Shown here one piece after another: positions 29,040 to 38,961 of a stretch of 64,000 nucleotides of DNA (its first letter is position 1; every line of letters starts with the position of its first letter). The notes beneath the pieces are model-generated. The model ran no database searches, had not been told where the DNA came from, and was given only the letters and a program-made list of their open reading frames with translations. Origin of the DNA: Bacilli bacterium (GTDB lineage Bacteria > Bacillota_I > Bacilli_A > RF39 > UBA660); NCBI GenBank assembly GCA_017515795.1, contig JAFWEE010000004.1, positions 7,937 to 71,936 of the forward strand, in the 5' to 3' direction. The translations under genes and the position numbers were made by a program.

Positions 29040-31529
29040 ATGAAAAAAAGAATATTAGCTATAGTTATGGTAGTAGCATTAATGATTAGTGTTATTTTAC
29101 CAATAGCAAAAGTTTTTGCAGTTGCAGAAACAGAAAAACTAACAGTATCTTTTAGAACTGAAAGTTTAGGAAAAGGAAAGGTAGAATATAGTTTAGATGA
29201 TGGTGATAATTGGATAGAAGTAACTGGAAATCTAGCTGAAACAAGTATTACAACAACTGGAACTAATTTTATGATTAAGATTGTTCCTGGTGATGATTAT
29301 GATATTGATTATGCTGGTATAGAATTAACTTTAGATGGTAATAATGTTCCAAATTTATCATCTACTGGTATAGCAGGTGATATAGGTTATATTGTTGCTT
29401 CATCTGTTAAAAATGTTAAATTAATGAATGTTGAATTTACTGATAAACAAGGAACACCTGACCCAAGTACTAAAGTAACTAGTAAAGTAACGTTAAGTTT
29501 ATCTGGTGAAGAATTAGAATATAATAATGATTGGTCAGATGATGCTTCAGATTTTTCGTTTGCAGTAAATAATGCATTAATGAAAAGATTTTCAAAAGAT
29601 GAAGTAGTATTTACTGAGCAAAATAATCAAATAACTGGTTTAATAACTAAAGAAGATTATGATATGGAATACGATTATGATGGATCTGGAAATGTTACAT
29701 TCCATATTAGAACACAATGGGATGATGTTATTACATCATTATTAATTAATGGAGATCCATTTGAAACTCCTGATTCTAAAGAAGAATTAGAAGCTGCTTT
29801 TGAAAATGGAGGAATAGCATTTGATGTAACTGTACCATATAGTACTAGATATGATATAGTTGCTGAAGGTAGAAAACAATCTGCTGAAGAAAAAATAATG
29901 GGTAACTTTGGATGGACTTATGATGAAAATACTAATCAGTATTCTGATGATGATAAAATACTTCATGGTAGATTAGAATTTGTTAGTGCTGAATTTAATA
30001 ATGTAACTTATAATTCAGTTGAAGCTGTAAATAATGCAGGTGGAGTATTTAATTGGTATGAACATGATCCATATGGAGAAGCTGCTTTCCCATCAGGAAC
30101 AGTATTAACACTTAAATTAATACCTGATGCAGGATATCAATTAATAGCATTAACTCTTAATGGTGCTCCTTTTGAACCAGGTAATGAACCTGGAGTATAT
30201 ACATTTACTATTGGTGGTGGAAACTGGCATTTAGGTGCTAATTTCTCAGAAGTAGGAAATGAATTAAATACTTCTGCTACAAGTGTTAGAGATGGTAATA
30301 TTAATCTAAATTTAGCTAATGATAATTCATTTAGAAATGGTACTGCTAAATTAGAAGTTTCAGATATAGCAAGTATGTCTCCTTCAAGAGAAGCAGACTT
30401 TGTTAGTAAGGCTGAAGAAAGTGGATATGAAATAAATAGTTATATAGATATGTCATTATTTAATACTATTTATAAAGGTGGTAAAACAGATGCTAATGGT
30501 AATATGGAGGCTTGGGATACACAAGTAGATAATATTGTTAATGATGCATCAATATCTTTAGAATTAAATGAAGATATGACAGATAAGGAAATAGTATTAA
30601 TTCATGAAACTCATAATGGTAATACTATAACTGGTTATGAAATAATAGAAACTGATTATAATGCAAATGATAATACTATTTCATTTACTACTAATAGTTT
30701 CTCTAACTATGCAATAGCTACAAAAGCTGGTGCTCAAACTCCAGTTATGCATACTGTAGAATTTGATTCAAATGGTGGAAGTGCTGTAGCTGCAGCAGTG
30801 GTAGAACATGATAGTATATTAGAAAGACCAACAGAACCAACTAAAGAAGGATATACATTTGGTGGTTGGTATATTGATCCTGAATTAAACTATTCATTTG
30901 ATTTTGAAGGACCTGTACAAGTGGACTTCACTTTATATGCTAGATGGATAGATGATAATAATTTAAAAGATTATACAGTAACTGATGATGCTGGTAATTC
31001 TATTTCATTTACTGATGAAGAAGGACATACTTATAAATTTACTTTATTTGATATTCTTTCATTAAGTAAAGAAGAAATAATGGCAATGGATCCTGAATTA
31101 ACTGACGAAACATATAATCAAATGATGGATTTATTAAATAGTTTAGCTAAACCAACAGGAACATTATTAAAATTATATGAAATAGAAGTATATGAAGACA
31201 ATGCTGTTACTGGAGATACAACATCACTTCATGAAGGACCATTTAAAATTAAAATCAAAATCACTGATGATATGAAAGTATACAATACATTTAAATTAGT
31301 ATATTTAAAGAATGATTTTACTACAGGTGAAGTTATTAATTTAACTGTAGAAGGTGATTATTTAGTAGGTACTATTCCTCATTTAAGTACATATATGTTA
31401 ACTGGAAGTGTTACTACTAATCCAAAAACTGGTGATAATGTTCTAATTTATATGGGAATATTAGTAGTAAGTATTATTGCTTTATTTGGTTTTGGATTCT
31501 ATTCACTAAGTGATAAAAAGACTAGATAA
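29040..31529 (+). CDS. sortase-anchored surface protein with Flg_new (Listeria-Bacteroides) repeat
   Basis: Signal peptide. Flg_new repeat (..FDSNGGSAV..PTKEGYTFGGWY..). C-terminal sorting signal NPKTG + hydrophobic helix + KKTR. Confidence 0.75.
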   Translation: MKKRILAIVMVVALMISVILPIAKVFAVAETEKLTVSFRTESLGKGKVEYSLDDGDNWIEVTGNLAETSITTTGTNFMIKIVPGDDYDIDYAGIELTLDGNNVPNLSSTGIAGDIGYIVASSVKNVKLMNVEFTDKQGTPDPSTKVTSKVTLSLSGEELEYNNDWSDDASDFSFAVNNALMKRFSKDEVVFTEQNNQITGLITKEDYDMEYDYDGSGNVTFHIRTQWDDVITSLLINGDPFETPDSKEELEAAFENGGIAFDVTVPYSTRYDIVAEGRKQSAEEKIMGNFGWTYDENTNQYSDDDKILHGRLEFVSAEFNNVTYNSVEAVNNAGGVFNWYEHDPYGEAAFPSGTVLTLKLIPDAGYQLIALTLNGAPFEPGNEPGVYTFTIGGGNWHLGANFSEVGNELNTSATSVRDGNINLNLANDNSFRNGTAKLEVSDIASMSPSREADFVSKAEESGYEINSYIDMSLFNTIYKGGKTDANGNMEAWDTQVDNIVNDASISLELNEDMTDKEIVLIHETHNGNTITGYEIIETDYNANDNTISFTTNSFSNYAIATKAGAQTPVMHTVEFDSNGGSAVAAAVVEHDSILERPTEPTKEGYTFGGWYIDPELNYSFDFEGPVQVDFTLYARWIDDNNLKDYTVTDDAGNSISFTDEEGHTYKFTLFDILSLSKEEIMAMDPELTDETYNQMMDLLNSLAKPTGTLLKLYEIEVYEDNAVTGDTTSLHEGPFKIKIKITDDMKVYNTFKLVYLKNDFTTGEVINLTVEGDYLVGTIPHLSTYMLTGSVTTNPKTGDNVLIYMGILVVSIIALFGFGFYSLSDKKTR

Positions 31530-31546
31530 ATCTAGTCTTTTTTTAT
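31519..31546 (+). terminator. rho-independent terminator
   Basis: AGACTAGA-TAAA-TCTAGTCT stem followed by T7, overlapping the stop codon. Confidence 0.6.
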
Positions 31547-31571
31547 GATATAATTGTTATAGGTGATATGT

Positions 31572-32015
31572 ATGAAACTAAATAAGTATGATAATAAATG
31601 TATTAAGTTATATACAAAAGATGGATTAGCATATGAAGGAATATGTACATATCATAATAAAGATTATATAGAACATGAATATGGTTTTCCATATGATGCT
31701 CTTATGATGTCTAGTGTATTATTCTGTAATGATGAAATTAATAAGATAGAAGTAATAGATGAGTTTACAGATAAATATGGATTATTAGAGAAAACAGTAG
31801 TAGAAGCTGGAGTAGAATTAGTAGAGGATGTATTAGAATCAGAAGAAGATATAAGTATATATAGATTACTATTATGTTTAGAAGATAATTTAAATGATTA
31901 TTCTACTGAAGATATAGAAGAATTAATTCCATATTTTGAGTTATTAATTAAATATAATAAAAATGAAAAAATAGTGGAGTTGTCAAGGAGATTAAAAGAT
32001 GAATATACAAAATGA
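31572..32015 (+). CDS. hypothetical acidic cytoplasmic protein
   Basis: RBS AGGTGA 5 nt before ATG 31572. No known domain. Confidence 0.45.
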   Translation: MKLNKYDNKCIKLYTKDGLAYEGICTYHNKDYIEHEYGFPYDALMMSSVLFCNDEINKIEVIDEFTDKYGLLEKTVVEAGVELVEDVLESEEDISIYRLLLCLEDNLNDYSTEDIEELIPYFELLIKYNKNEKIVELSRRLKDEYTK

Positions 32016-32682
32016 ATTATTTAAGATGCAAGATAAAGAATATAGGAAATTACAAATAAAAACAATTCCTACATTAGATCCTGAAACTGTTATAGGTATT
32101 AGAACTCCAGAACTAAGAAAGTTAGCTAAGAAGTTATTTAAAGAAAATAATTATAAAGAGTTTATAAATGATTTACCTCATAAATATTTTGATGAGAATC
32201 AATTACATGCATTTATTATTTCAGAGATTAAAGACTATGATGAATGTTTAAAAGAGTTTAATAAATTCTTACCATATATTGATAACTGGGCTACATGTGA
32301 TCAACCATCTCCAAAAGCATTTATAAAGAATCCAGATAAATTAATTAATGAAATTAAAAAATGGATTAAGTCTAAAGAAACATATACTATTAGATTTGGT
32401 GTTAGTATGCTTATGAGAGTATACTTAGATAATAATTTTAAAGAAGAATATTTAGAAATGGTATCTAAGATTAGATCAGATGAATACTATGTTAATATGA
32501 TGATTGCATGGTTCTTTGCAACAGCACTTGCTAAACAATATGATAGTACAATTAAATATATAGAAGATAAGAAATTAGATACTTGGACTCATAATAAAGC
32601 AATTCAAAAATCAATAGAAAGTTATAGAGTAACTGATGAACATAAAAACTATTTAAGAAGTTTAAAAATAAAGGAGAAATAG
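31999..32682 (+). CDS. DNA alkylation repair enzyme (AlkC/AlkD-like HEAT repeat glycosylase)
   Basis: ..IRTPELRKLAKK.. and ..DNWATCDQ.. signatures of PF08713. Confidence 0.7.
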   Translation: MNIQNELFKMQDKEYRKLQIKTIPTLDPETVIGIRTPELRKLAKKLFKENNYKEFINDLPHKYFDENQLHAFIISEIKDYDECLKEFNKFLPYIDNWATCDQPSPKAFIKNPDKLINEIKKWIKSKETYTIRFGVSMLMRVYLDNNFKEEYLEMVSKIRSDEYYVNMMIAWFFATALAKQYDSTIKYIEDKKLDTWTHNKAIQKSIESYRVTDEHKNYLRSLKIKEK

Positions 32683-32684
32683 TA

Positions 32685-32927
32685 ATGGAAGAAAAAGTAT
32701 TTGAATTAGAAAAAAGACTTGAAAAATTAGAAAGAAAAGAAAAGATTAGAAAAACTATAGCATTTATTAAAGTAGGTGCTGTTATATTACTTTTATCTAT
32801 TGTATTTATAACTGGTTATAGATTCTATAAGAAAGTAAATGATACTATTAAACCTATTAAAGATATAATTGAAACAAAAGAAAATGCAGAAAACAAAATA
32901 GATAAAATAAAGAATATTTTTAAATAG
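32685..32927 (+). CDS. small single-TM protein with coiled-coil N-terminus
   Basis: Hydropathy only. Terminator hairpin follows at ~32945-32985. Confidence 0.35.
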   Translation: MEEKVFELEKRLEKLERKEKIRKTIAFIKVGAVILLLSIVFITGYRFYKKVNDTIKPIKDIIETKENAENKIDKIKNIFK

Positions 32928-33010
32928 TTTACACTTTTAGGAATACATAGTTTAAAAAACTATGTATTTTTTTATGCTATGTTATAATAAAATTAGAATA
33001 GGAGGTATTT

Positions 33011-34201
33011 ATGAAAGATACTGAAAGGGAAGAAGTCAAAAAAATAGTTGATGAAGCTATGACTGAAAAAAATGAAAAAATTAAAAAGGAGAAAAAAAGT
33101 AAGAAAAAGATTCTTATTATTGGTGGAATTATAATAGCAGTTTTATTAGCACTAGCTACATTATTCTTTTTCTTATTCATATTTAAACCTAAATATGAAG
33201 TAACTATTAAAACTGGTGGAGGAAAACTTATTAAAGGAATAGTTATTGAAGATAATGTAGTTAAAGAAATGCCTGAAGTAGAAGCACCAGAAGGTAAGAC
33301 ATTAGTTACATGGATTAATAAGAATAATGAAGCTGTTAGAGCAGGTATAACTCTAGAAGATGATGATGAATGGGAACCAGTATATAGAAATCCTGAAGAA
33401 GAAACTGTTACATTAAAGTTTGAAACAGGAACAGATGAAAAAATAGCAGACATAATTATTCCAAAGGGATCTGGATTAATTGTTCCAGTTAAACCAAATA
33501 ATTATAGTAATTGGAAATTTTTATATTGGGTAGATAAAAATGAATATGTTGCTATTGTAGGTACTAAAGTTATGGAAGATACAACATATTATGCTTATTG
33601 GTGGAAACCAGGATCTGGTGGAACAAAAGAACAAACTTGTACTATTTCATTTGATACAGGAACAGATGAAAAAATAGATTCTATTAACTTAATAAAGGGT
33701 AGTAAATATATATTTATGACTCCACAAGAACCAAATGGTAATAAAGTATTTGGTGGATGGTTAGATGATAAAGGTAATCTTTTAAATGCAGAATCTGTAG
33801 TAGAAAAAGATATTACATTAAAAGCTAAATGGTTAGAATATACTTGTCCTGAAAATTGTATTCAATCAGAAGAAGATCCGCTTAAATGTACTAGAACAAC
33901 TACTGTTAATGTTGAAGAAAAAGAAGTATGTAAAGGAACAGAATATAAAGGATATTGTATAGATACTGCTCATATAGCTGAATTAGATTGTGCAAGACAA
34001 TGTTCAGATGGATATCCATTTGGTGATACAGAAGTTTCATATCCAGTTAAGAGTAGATATTTACCTTCAATTGATGCATATTCTGAAATATGTTGTGTTA
34101 AGAAAATAAATAGAGTAAAAGAAAAAGTATGTCCTGAGGGTTATACTCAAGATGGAGATACATGTACTCTAATTGAAAACTTAGAATGTACACTTAATTA
34201 A
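33011..34201 (+). CDS. N-terminally anchored protein with 3 Flg_new repeats and a C-terminal 14-Cys domain
   Basis: TM helix after K/E-rich N-terminus. Three ..GW/YW-ending Flg_new-like repeats. C-terminal ~120 aa contain 14 Cys (CPENC..C..C..C..C..C..CC..C..C..C). Confidence 0.6.
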   Translation: MKDTEREEVKKIVDEAMTEKNEKIKKEKKSKKKILIIGGIIIAVLLALATLFFFLFIFKPKYEVTIKTGGGKLIKGIVIEDNVVKEMPEVEAPEGKTLVTWINKNNEAVRAGITLEDDDEWEPVYRNPEEETVTLKFETGTDEKIADIIIPKGSGLIVPVKPNNYSNWKFLYWVDKNEYVAIVGTKVMEDTTYYAYWWKPGSGGTKEQTCTISFDTGTDEKIDSINLIKGSKYIFMTPQEPNGNKVFGGWLDDKGNLLNAESVVEKDITLKAKWLEYTCPENCIQSEEDPLKCTRTTTVNVEEKEVCKGTEYKGYCIDTAHIAELDCARQCSDGYPFGDTEVSYPVKSRYLPSIDAYSEICCVKKINRVKEKVCPEGYTQDGDTCTLIENLECTLN

Positions 34202-34251
34202 AAGATTCATTTGAATCTTTTTTATGTTATAATTGTATTAAGGTGATAATA

Positions 34252-34926
34252 ATGAAAAAGAAAATAATATATGGTGCTATATGTGTAGCATTAGTACTTA
34301 TATTTATATTGGGAATAAAGATAGTATTTAGACCAAGTTTACCTAAACCTGAAGTAACAACTGGTCAAAGAGGAGAACTTGGAATTGATAAAAACATTAA
34401 TGAAGAAACAATAGATAAATATTTATTTAGAAAAGATTCTGTATATAGAGATGTAAGAATGTTAGATGATCCTGGTAATTATGAAGCTATTGGAGGAGAT
34501 TCTAAATTGTCTGGATTTGTTAAAGGCTTTGAAGTAATATCACTTCCATATATTATGCCTGTTAATAATTTACCTAAAGAAGTAGGAGATACTTATATAG
34601 GAGATACTTTATTTAGTAAAAATGATAAAGGGAATTATGAACCAAATTATGAAGAATCTTTAGAAATATTAGAATACTATTTTCCAAAAGATAAAAACAT
34701 ATTTATTATGTGTGGTGGCGGTGGATACGCTGGTATGATGAAGAACTTATTAATAGATCTAGGTTGGGATGAAGATAAGATTTATAATGTAGGTGGATAT
34801 TGGTATTATGATGGTAAATATAATATCGATGTAAAAGAAACAAAGAATGGAATCACTAAATATAATTTTTGGAAGGTTAACTATCATGAAATAGATTTTG
34901 ATAGTTTGAGTAAGATAGATGGGTAG
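34252..34926 (+). CDS. secreted/membrane-anchored protein with rhodanese-like C-terminal segment
   Basis: RBS AAGGTGA before ATG 34252. Signal anchor. ..IFIMCGGGGYAGMMKNLLIDLGW..NVGGYW.. resembles a rhodanese/Cdc25-like loop but lacks the Arg. Confidence 0.4.
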   Translation: MKKKIIYGAICVALVLIFILGIKIVFRPSLPKPEVTTGQRGELGIDKNINEETIDKYLFRKDSVYRDVRMLDDPGNYEAIGGDSKLSGFVKGFEVISLPYIMPVNNLPKEVGDTYIGDTLFSKNDKGNYEPNYEESLEILEYYFPKDKNIFIMCGGGGYAGMMKNLLIDLGWDEDKIYNVGGYWYYDGKYNIDVKETKNGITKYNFWKVNYHEIDFDSLSKIDG

Positions 34927-35404
34927 AAAAAAGATATTAGTTTATTTTTTAATATTAGCACTAATAGGTTTAGCTTCAGTGATTGTATTTAATACACTTA
35001 AGAGTAAACATAGAAGGTTTTATTTAGAAAATGAATATTATAATGATAAAGGTTTAACTGATGTATCAGTTAAAGAACTAGAAGATATGTTAGAATATGA
35101 AGAATCATTTATATTATTTGTATATAATGATTTTTGTTCATTTAGTGTTCCATGTGATAGTGTATTTGATGAAGCATCAAAAAAATTAAATATGCAAATA
35201 CTTCAAATACCATATAAAGAGTTTAAAAAATCATCTTTAAAAAGAAAGATTAAGTATGCTCCAAGTGTAATTATTTTTAATAAAGGTAAAATAGTTAAAT
35301 ACTTAGATGCTGAAAAAGATGAAGATAAAGAAAGATATCAAAATAAATTTAAATTTCAAAATTGGGTAACTGATAATGTATATCAAAGAAAAGAGAAGAA
35401 TTAA
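34919..35404 (+). CDS. membrane-anchored thioredoxin-fold protein with non-canonical C-x5-C motif
   Basis: N-terminal TM. ..FVYNDFCSFSVPCD.. and cis-Pro loop ..YAPSVIIFNKGK.. Start overlaps upstream gene. Confidence 0.45.
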   Translation: MGRKKILVYFLILALIGLASVIVFNTLKSKHRRFYLENEYYNDKGLTDVSVKELEDMLEYEESFILFVYNDFCSFSVPCDSVFDEASKKLNMQILQIPYKEFKKSSLKRKIKYAPSVIIFNKGKIVKYLDAEKDEDKERYQNKFKFQNWVTDNVYQRKEKN

Positions 35405-35422
35405 TTCTTCTCTTTTTATATA

Positions 35423-35436
35423 CAAACAAGTGTTTG
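35423..35436 (+). promoter_or_regulatory. palindromic LexA-like (Cheo-type) box CAAAC-N4-GTTTG
   Basis: Perfect 5-bp inverted arms with 4-nt spacer, overlapping the putative promoter of the polY operon. Resembles the Gram-positive SOS box GAAC-N4-GTTC. Confidence 0.4.
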
Positions 35437-35469
35437 ATATGATAAAATATATTTGAAGGATGTGATAAT

Positions 35470-36951
35470 ATGGATAGAATTTATATGTGTATAGATTTAA
35501 AGTCATTTTATGCATCCGTAGAATGTGTTGAAAGAGGATTAAATCCTCTAGATACTAATTTAGTTGTAGCAGATAAATCAAGAACAGATAAAACAGTTTG
35601 TTTAGCTATATCTCCTACATTAAAACAATATGGTTTAAGTGGTAGAGCTAGACTATATGAGGTAGTAGCTAAAGTAAAAGAAGTAAATAAAGAAAGAAAA
35701 AAGAATAATAACTATAGACCATTTAAAAATAAGTCTTATATAAATTCAGACCTTCAGAAGGATAAAAGTCTAGAATTAGATTATATTACGGCAACGCCTA
35801 GACTTAGATTATATATGAAGTATAGTACAGATATATATAACATATATCAAAAATATATTTCTAAAGATGATATATTAGTTTATTCAATAGATGAAGTATT
35901 TTGTGATATAACTACTTATTTAAAATTATATCATTTAACTCCAGAAGAATTAGTTACTAAGATGATTATGGATGTTTATAATACTACTGGGATTACTGCT
36001 ACTGCAGGTATAGGTACAAATATGTATTTAGCTAAGATTGCTATGGATATATCTGCTAAACATATGGAAGCTAATGAATATGGGGTAAGACTTGCTTACC
36101 TTGATGAACAAAAATATAAAGAAACTCTATGGGAACATGAACCTCTAACAGACTTTTGGATGGTTGGAAGAGGAACTGCTAAAAAGTTAATTGCTAATAA
36201 AATGTATACCATGGGTGATGTTGCTAGAATGTCCCTAGAAAATGAAAATCTACTATTTAAATTATTTGGAGTAGGTGCAGAGTTTTTAATAGATCATGCA
36301 TGGGGATATGAACCATGTAGTATGAAGGATGCTAAGAGTTATAGACCTAGTACATCTAGTTTATCAACAGGACAAGTACTTCATGTTCCATATAATGCTA
36401 AGGATGCTAAATTAATTACTAAAGAGATGATGGATGGACTAATACTAGATATGGTTAGGAATCATCAATTAACTAATCAAATAGCATTAACTATTAATTA
36501 TGATATTAAAAATATGGAAAATGATACATATAAAGGTGAAGTAATAACAGATCATTATGGAAGAAGAGTTCCAAAGTATTCTCATGGTGTAAGTAATTTA
36601 GATCATTATACTTCATCTACTAAAATAATAACTGATACAATATCTAAACTATATGATGATATAGTTAATGAAGAATTATATATTAGAAAGATAACTGTTG
36701 GAGTAAATGATTTAATATTTGATGATGATTCTAAAAAAGATTTAGTTATGAAGCAACTAGATTTATTTACTACTGAAACAGAAGTAGTAAAAGATGAAAA
36801 AGAAGAAATAAGAGAAAAAGAAGTTCAAGAAGCAATAATTAAAATACAAAATAAATATGGTAAGAACTCTATACTTAAAGGGACCAGTTTAGATAAAAAG
36901 AGTACTGCTAAAAGAAGAAACGGTGAAGTAGGAGGTCATAAAGGTGAGTAG
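35470..36951 (+). CDS. Y-family translesion DNA polymerase (UmuC/UvrX/YqjW-like)
   Basis: MDRIYMCIDLKSFYASVECVERGLNP.. matches the Y-family/UmuC N-terminus. Confidence 0.85.
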   Translation: MDRIYMCIDLKSFYASVECVERGLNPLDTNLVVADKSRTDKTVCLAISPTLKQYGLSGRARLYEVVAKVKEVNKERKKNNNYRPFKNKSYINSDLQKDKSLELDYITATPRLRLYMKYSTDIYNIYQKYISKDDILVYSIDEVFCDITTYLKLYHLTPEELVTKMIMDVYNTTGITATAGIGTNMYLAKIAMDISAKHMEANEYGVRLAYLDEQKYKETLWEHEPLTDFWMVGRGTAKKLIANKMYTMGDVARMSLENENLLFKLFGVGAEFLIDHAWGYEPCSMKDAKSYRPSTSSLSTGQVLHVPYNAKDAKLITKEMMDGLILDMVRNHQLTNQIALTINYDIKNMENDTYKGEVITDHYGRRVPKYSHGVSNLDHYTSSTKIITDTISKLYDDIVNEELYIRKITVGVNDLIFDDDSKKDLVMKQLDLFTTETEVVKDEKEEIREKEVQEAIIKIQNKYGKNSILKGTSLDKKSTAKRRNGEVGGHKGE

Positions 36952-37345
36952 ATATGATGATATTATTAATTTAAGTAGACCTGAGTCTACGCATCCAAAA
37001 AGACCAATGTCTGCGAGAGCAGGTCAGTTTGCTTCATTTAAATCTCTTCATGGTTATGAAGATGATATTAAAGAACAAGGTAGATATGTAGACAATAAAA
37101 TAGAAATAGTAGAAGATAAGAAGGAATCTTTAGATGAAATTCTTAATACTATTAGAAGTAATTTATCCTTTAAAGTAAGAGTTAAATATTTTAAAAAAGA
37201 TAAATATAAAGATGGAGGAAAATATCTTTATAAAGTAGGTCTTATTAAGAAAATAGATGAAATAAATAAACGTATAATATTTGATAATAAAGAAATAATA
37301 GATATATGTGATATAATAAATGTAGAAATTTATGAAGGAATTTAA
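36944..37345 (+). CDS. YolD-like protein (UmuD functional analog family)
   Basis: ..RPESTHPKRPMSARAGQFASFKSLHGY.. matches the YolD-like signature. Overlaps the polymerase gene stop. Same gene order as uvrX-yolD / yqjW-yqjX. Confidence 0.6.
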   Translation: MSRYDDIINLSRPESTHPKRPMSARAGQFASFKSLHGYEDDIKEQGRYVDNKIEIVEDKKESLDEILNTIRSNLSFKVRVKYFKKDKYKDGGKYLYKVGLIKKIDEINKRIIFDNKEIIDICDIINVEIYEGI

Positions 37346-37359
37346 CTTCAGGAGGGTTT

Positions 37360-38031
37360 ATGTTAATATTCAATGGAAAGATGTATCATTTTAGATATCA
37401 TGATTCATTTGATGATATTTGGAAACCAGGTAATACAATACAAGTAGGACCAAATTTTAATGCACCTAAACAAATAGATGTTGCTGGAGTAGCTACAGGA
37501 GTTAAAATTAATGGTACAAGTATAGTTAGACCTGTAACAGATTTGATTGATTATACTATGTGTGATGTTAATGATATATTAGATAAAGCAAGTAAAAAAA
37601 ATATTGATTATAAAGAGTTATTAGCCGTAATAAATAGACTTTCTTCTCTTCTTAAAGGATGTAGAAGAATAATAGATGATACTCAAAAATCAATAATTGA
37701 AAGAGCACTAGAAGAAGTAAGAAGACAAAACTATGATTTTTATCCTAGTAGACTTAATTCTTTATCAGTTTCTGATAAAGAACATATTAAGTATTGGGCT
37801 AGTGTATATCCTGATTCTGATTTATTTGAATTAAATCTATTAGGAAATATTTTTAAAACAAGTGCAGAATTAATACCACAAGAAGGATTAAGTTTATCTG
37901 TTACAAAAATGATGTCTTTTCCATATTGGGATCCAAAGTTTGATTCTGCTGAAGTAGAAGAAAAAACTGAATACTTATTTAATGGTTCTGCTAGAGTACT
38001 TAGAAAAGTTGATAAAAAAGAATTTGAATAA
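37360..38031 (+). CDS. hypothetical protein, third gene of the polY operon
   Basis: Begins 15 nt after the YolD-like gene. No recognisable domain. Confidence 0.4.
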   Translation: MLIFNGKMYHFRYHDSFDDIWKPGNTIQVGPNFNAPKQIDVAGVATGVKINGTSIVRPVTDLIDYTMCDVNDILDKASKKNIDYKELLAVINRLSSLLKGCRRIIDDTQKSIIERALEEVRRQNYDFYPSRLNSLSVSDKEHIKYWASVYPDSDLFELNLLGNIFKTSAELIPQEGLSLSVTKMMSFPYWDPKFDSAEVEEKTEYLFNGSARVLRKVDKKEFE

Positions 38032-38068
38032 TTCTTTTTTATTATATATAATATAGGCGGTGATTTAA

Positions 38069-38935
38069 ATGAAAAGGGAGTTTATAGTTTTAGAAAAAGA
38101 AGAATTATTATCTTTTTTAAGAAATAATTTAACTAGTAAATCTAAGAATAATTTAAAATCTTTATTAGCTAAAGAAATGGTATTGGTTAATGGAAAAGTT
38201 CAAACTAAGTTTAACTTTATATTATTTAAAGGCGATAAAGTAGAAATAAGAGATACTAAAATTAAGACTGATAATAATTATAAAAAAGAAATTAAAATAA
38301 TATATGAAGATGAAGATATAATAGTAGTTAATAAACCTGCTGGTTTATTAATAATATCTACTGATAAAGAAAAAGAATATACTTTATATCATATGGTATC
38401 CTCTTATTTAAAAACTAAGAATAAAAATAATAAAGTTTTTATTATTCATAGATTAGATAGAGAAACATCAGGACTAGTTATGTTTGCTAAGAATCAAAAA
38501 GCAAAGAATTTATTTCAAAGTAATTGGGATAAGATGTTTATTAAAAGAGGATATTATGCTGTAGTAGAAGGTACTCCTAAAGAAAAAGAAAAGACATTAG
38601 TTTCATACTTAAATGAGAATGAAGGTCATATGGTATATGAGACTACTAAAACAAAAGGAAAGTATGCTTGTACACAATATAGAGTAATATCTGAAAATAA
38701 TAAATATACTTTATTAGATGTTAATATTAAAACAGGTAGAAAGAATCAAATTAGAGTTCAATTAAAAGAAAATGGTAATGTTATAGTTGGAGATAAAAAG
38801 TATGGAAGTAATATAGATCCATTAAAGAGAATGGCATTACATGCATATAAATTAGAGTTTAATGATCCAAGAACAAATAAAAGAGTAAACATAGAAATAG
38901 ATTTACCATATGCTTTTTCTAAATTAGTAAAGTAA
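38069..38935 (+). CDS. RluA-family pseudouridine synthase with S4 domain (RluC/RluD-like)
   Basis: HRLDRETSGLVMFAKN catalytic motif. N-terminal S4-like domain. Confidence 0.85.
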   Translation: MKREFIVLEKEELLSFLRNNLTSKSKNNLKSLLAKEMVLVNGKVQTKFNFILFKGDKVEIRDTKIKTDNNYKKEIKIIYEDEDIIVVNKPAGLLIISTDKEKEYTLYHMVSSYLKTKNKNNKVFIIHRLDRETSGLVMFAKNQKAKNLFQSNWDKMFIKRGYYAVVEGTPKEKEKTLVSYLNENEGHMVYETTKTKGKYACTQYRVISENNKYTLLDVNIKTGRKNQIRVQLKENGNVIVGDKKYGSNIDPLKRMALHAYKLEFNDPRTNKRVNIEIDLPYAFSKLVK

Positions 38936-38961
38936 TGGTATAATAAGGTTAGGTGATATAA

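Noticed and set aside
32977-33453. Minus-strand ORFs from the track antisense to strong + strand genes. This one at 32977-33453, and likewise 4480-4662, 5386-5571, 6183-6389, 6660-6866, 9641-9823, 11262-11474, 15401-15625, 35303-35515, 54150-54350, 54513-55079, 55596-55892, 57789-58229, 59963-60223, 61926-62129.
   Set aside because: All overlap well-supported + strand genes and lack an RBS. The products are low-complexity Ile/Phe/Ser-rich, typical of chance ORFs in AT-rich DNA.
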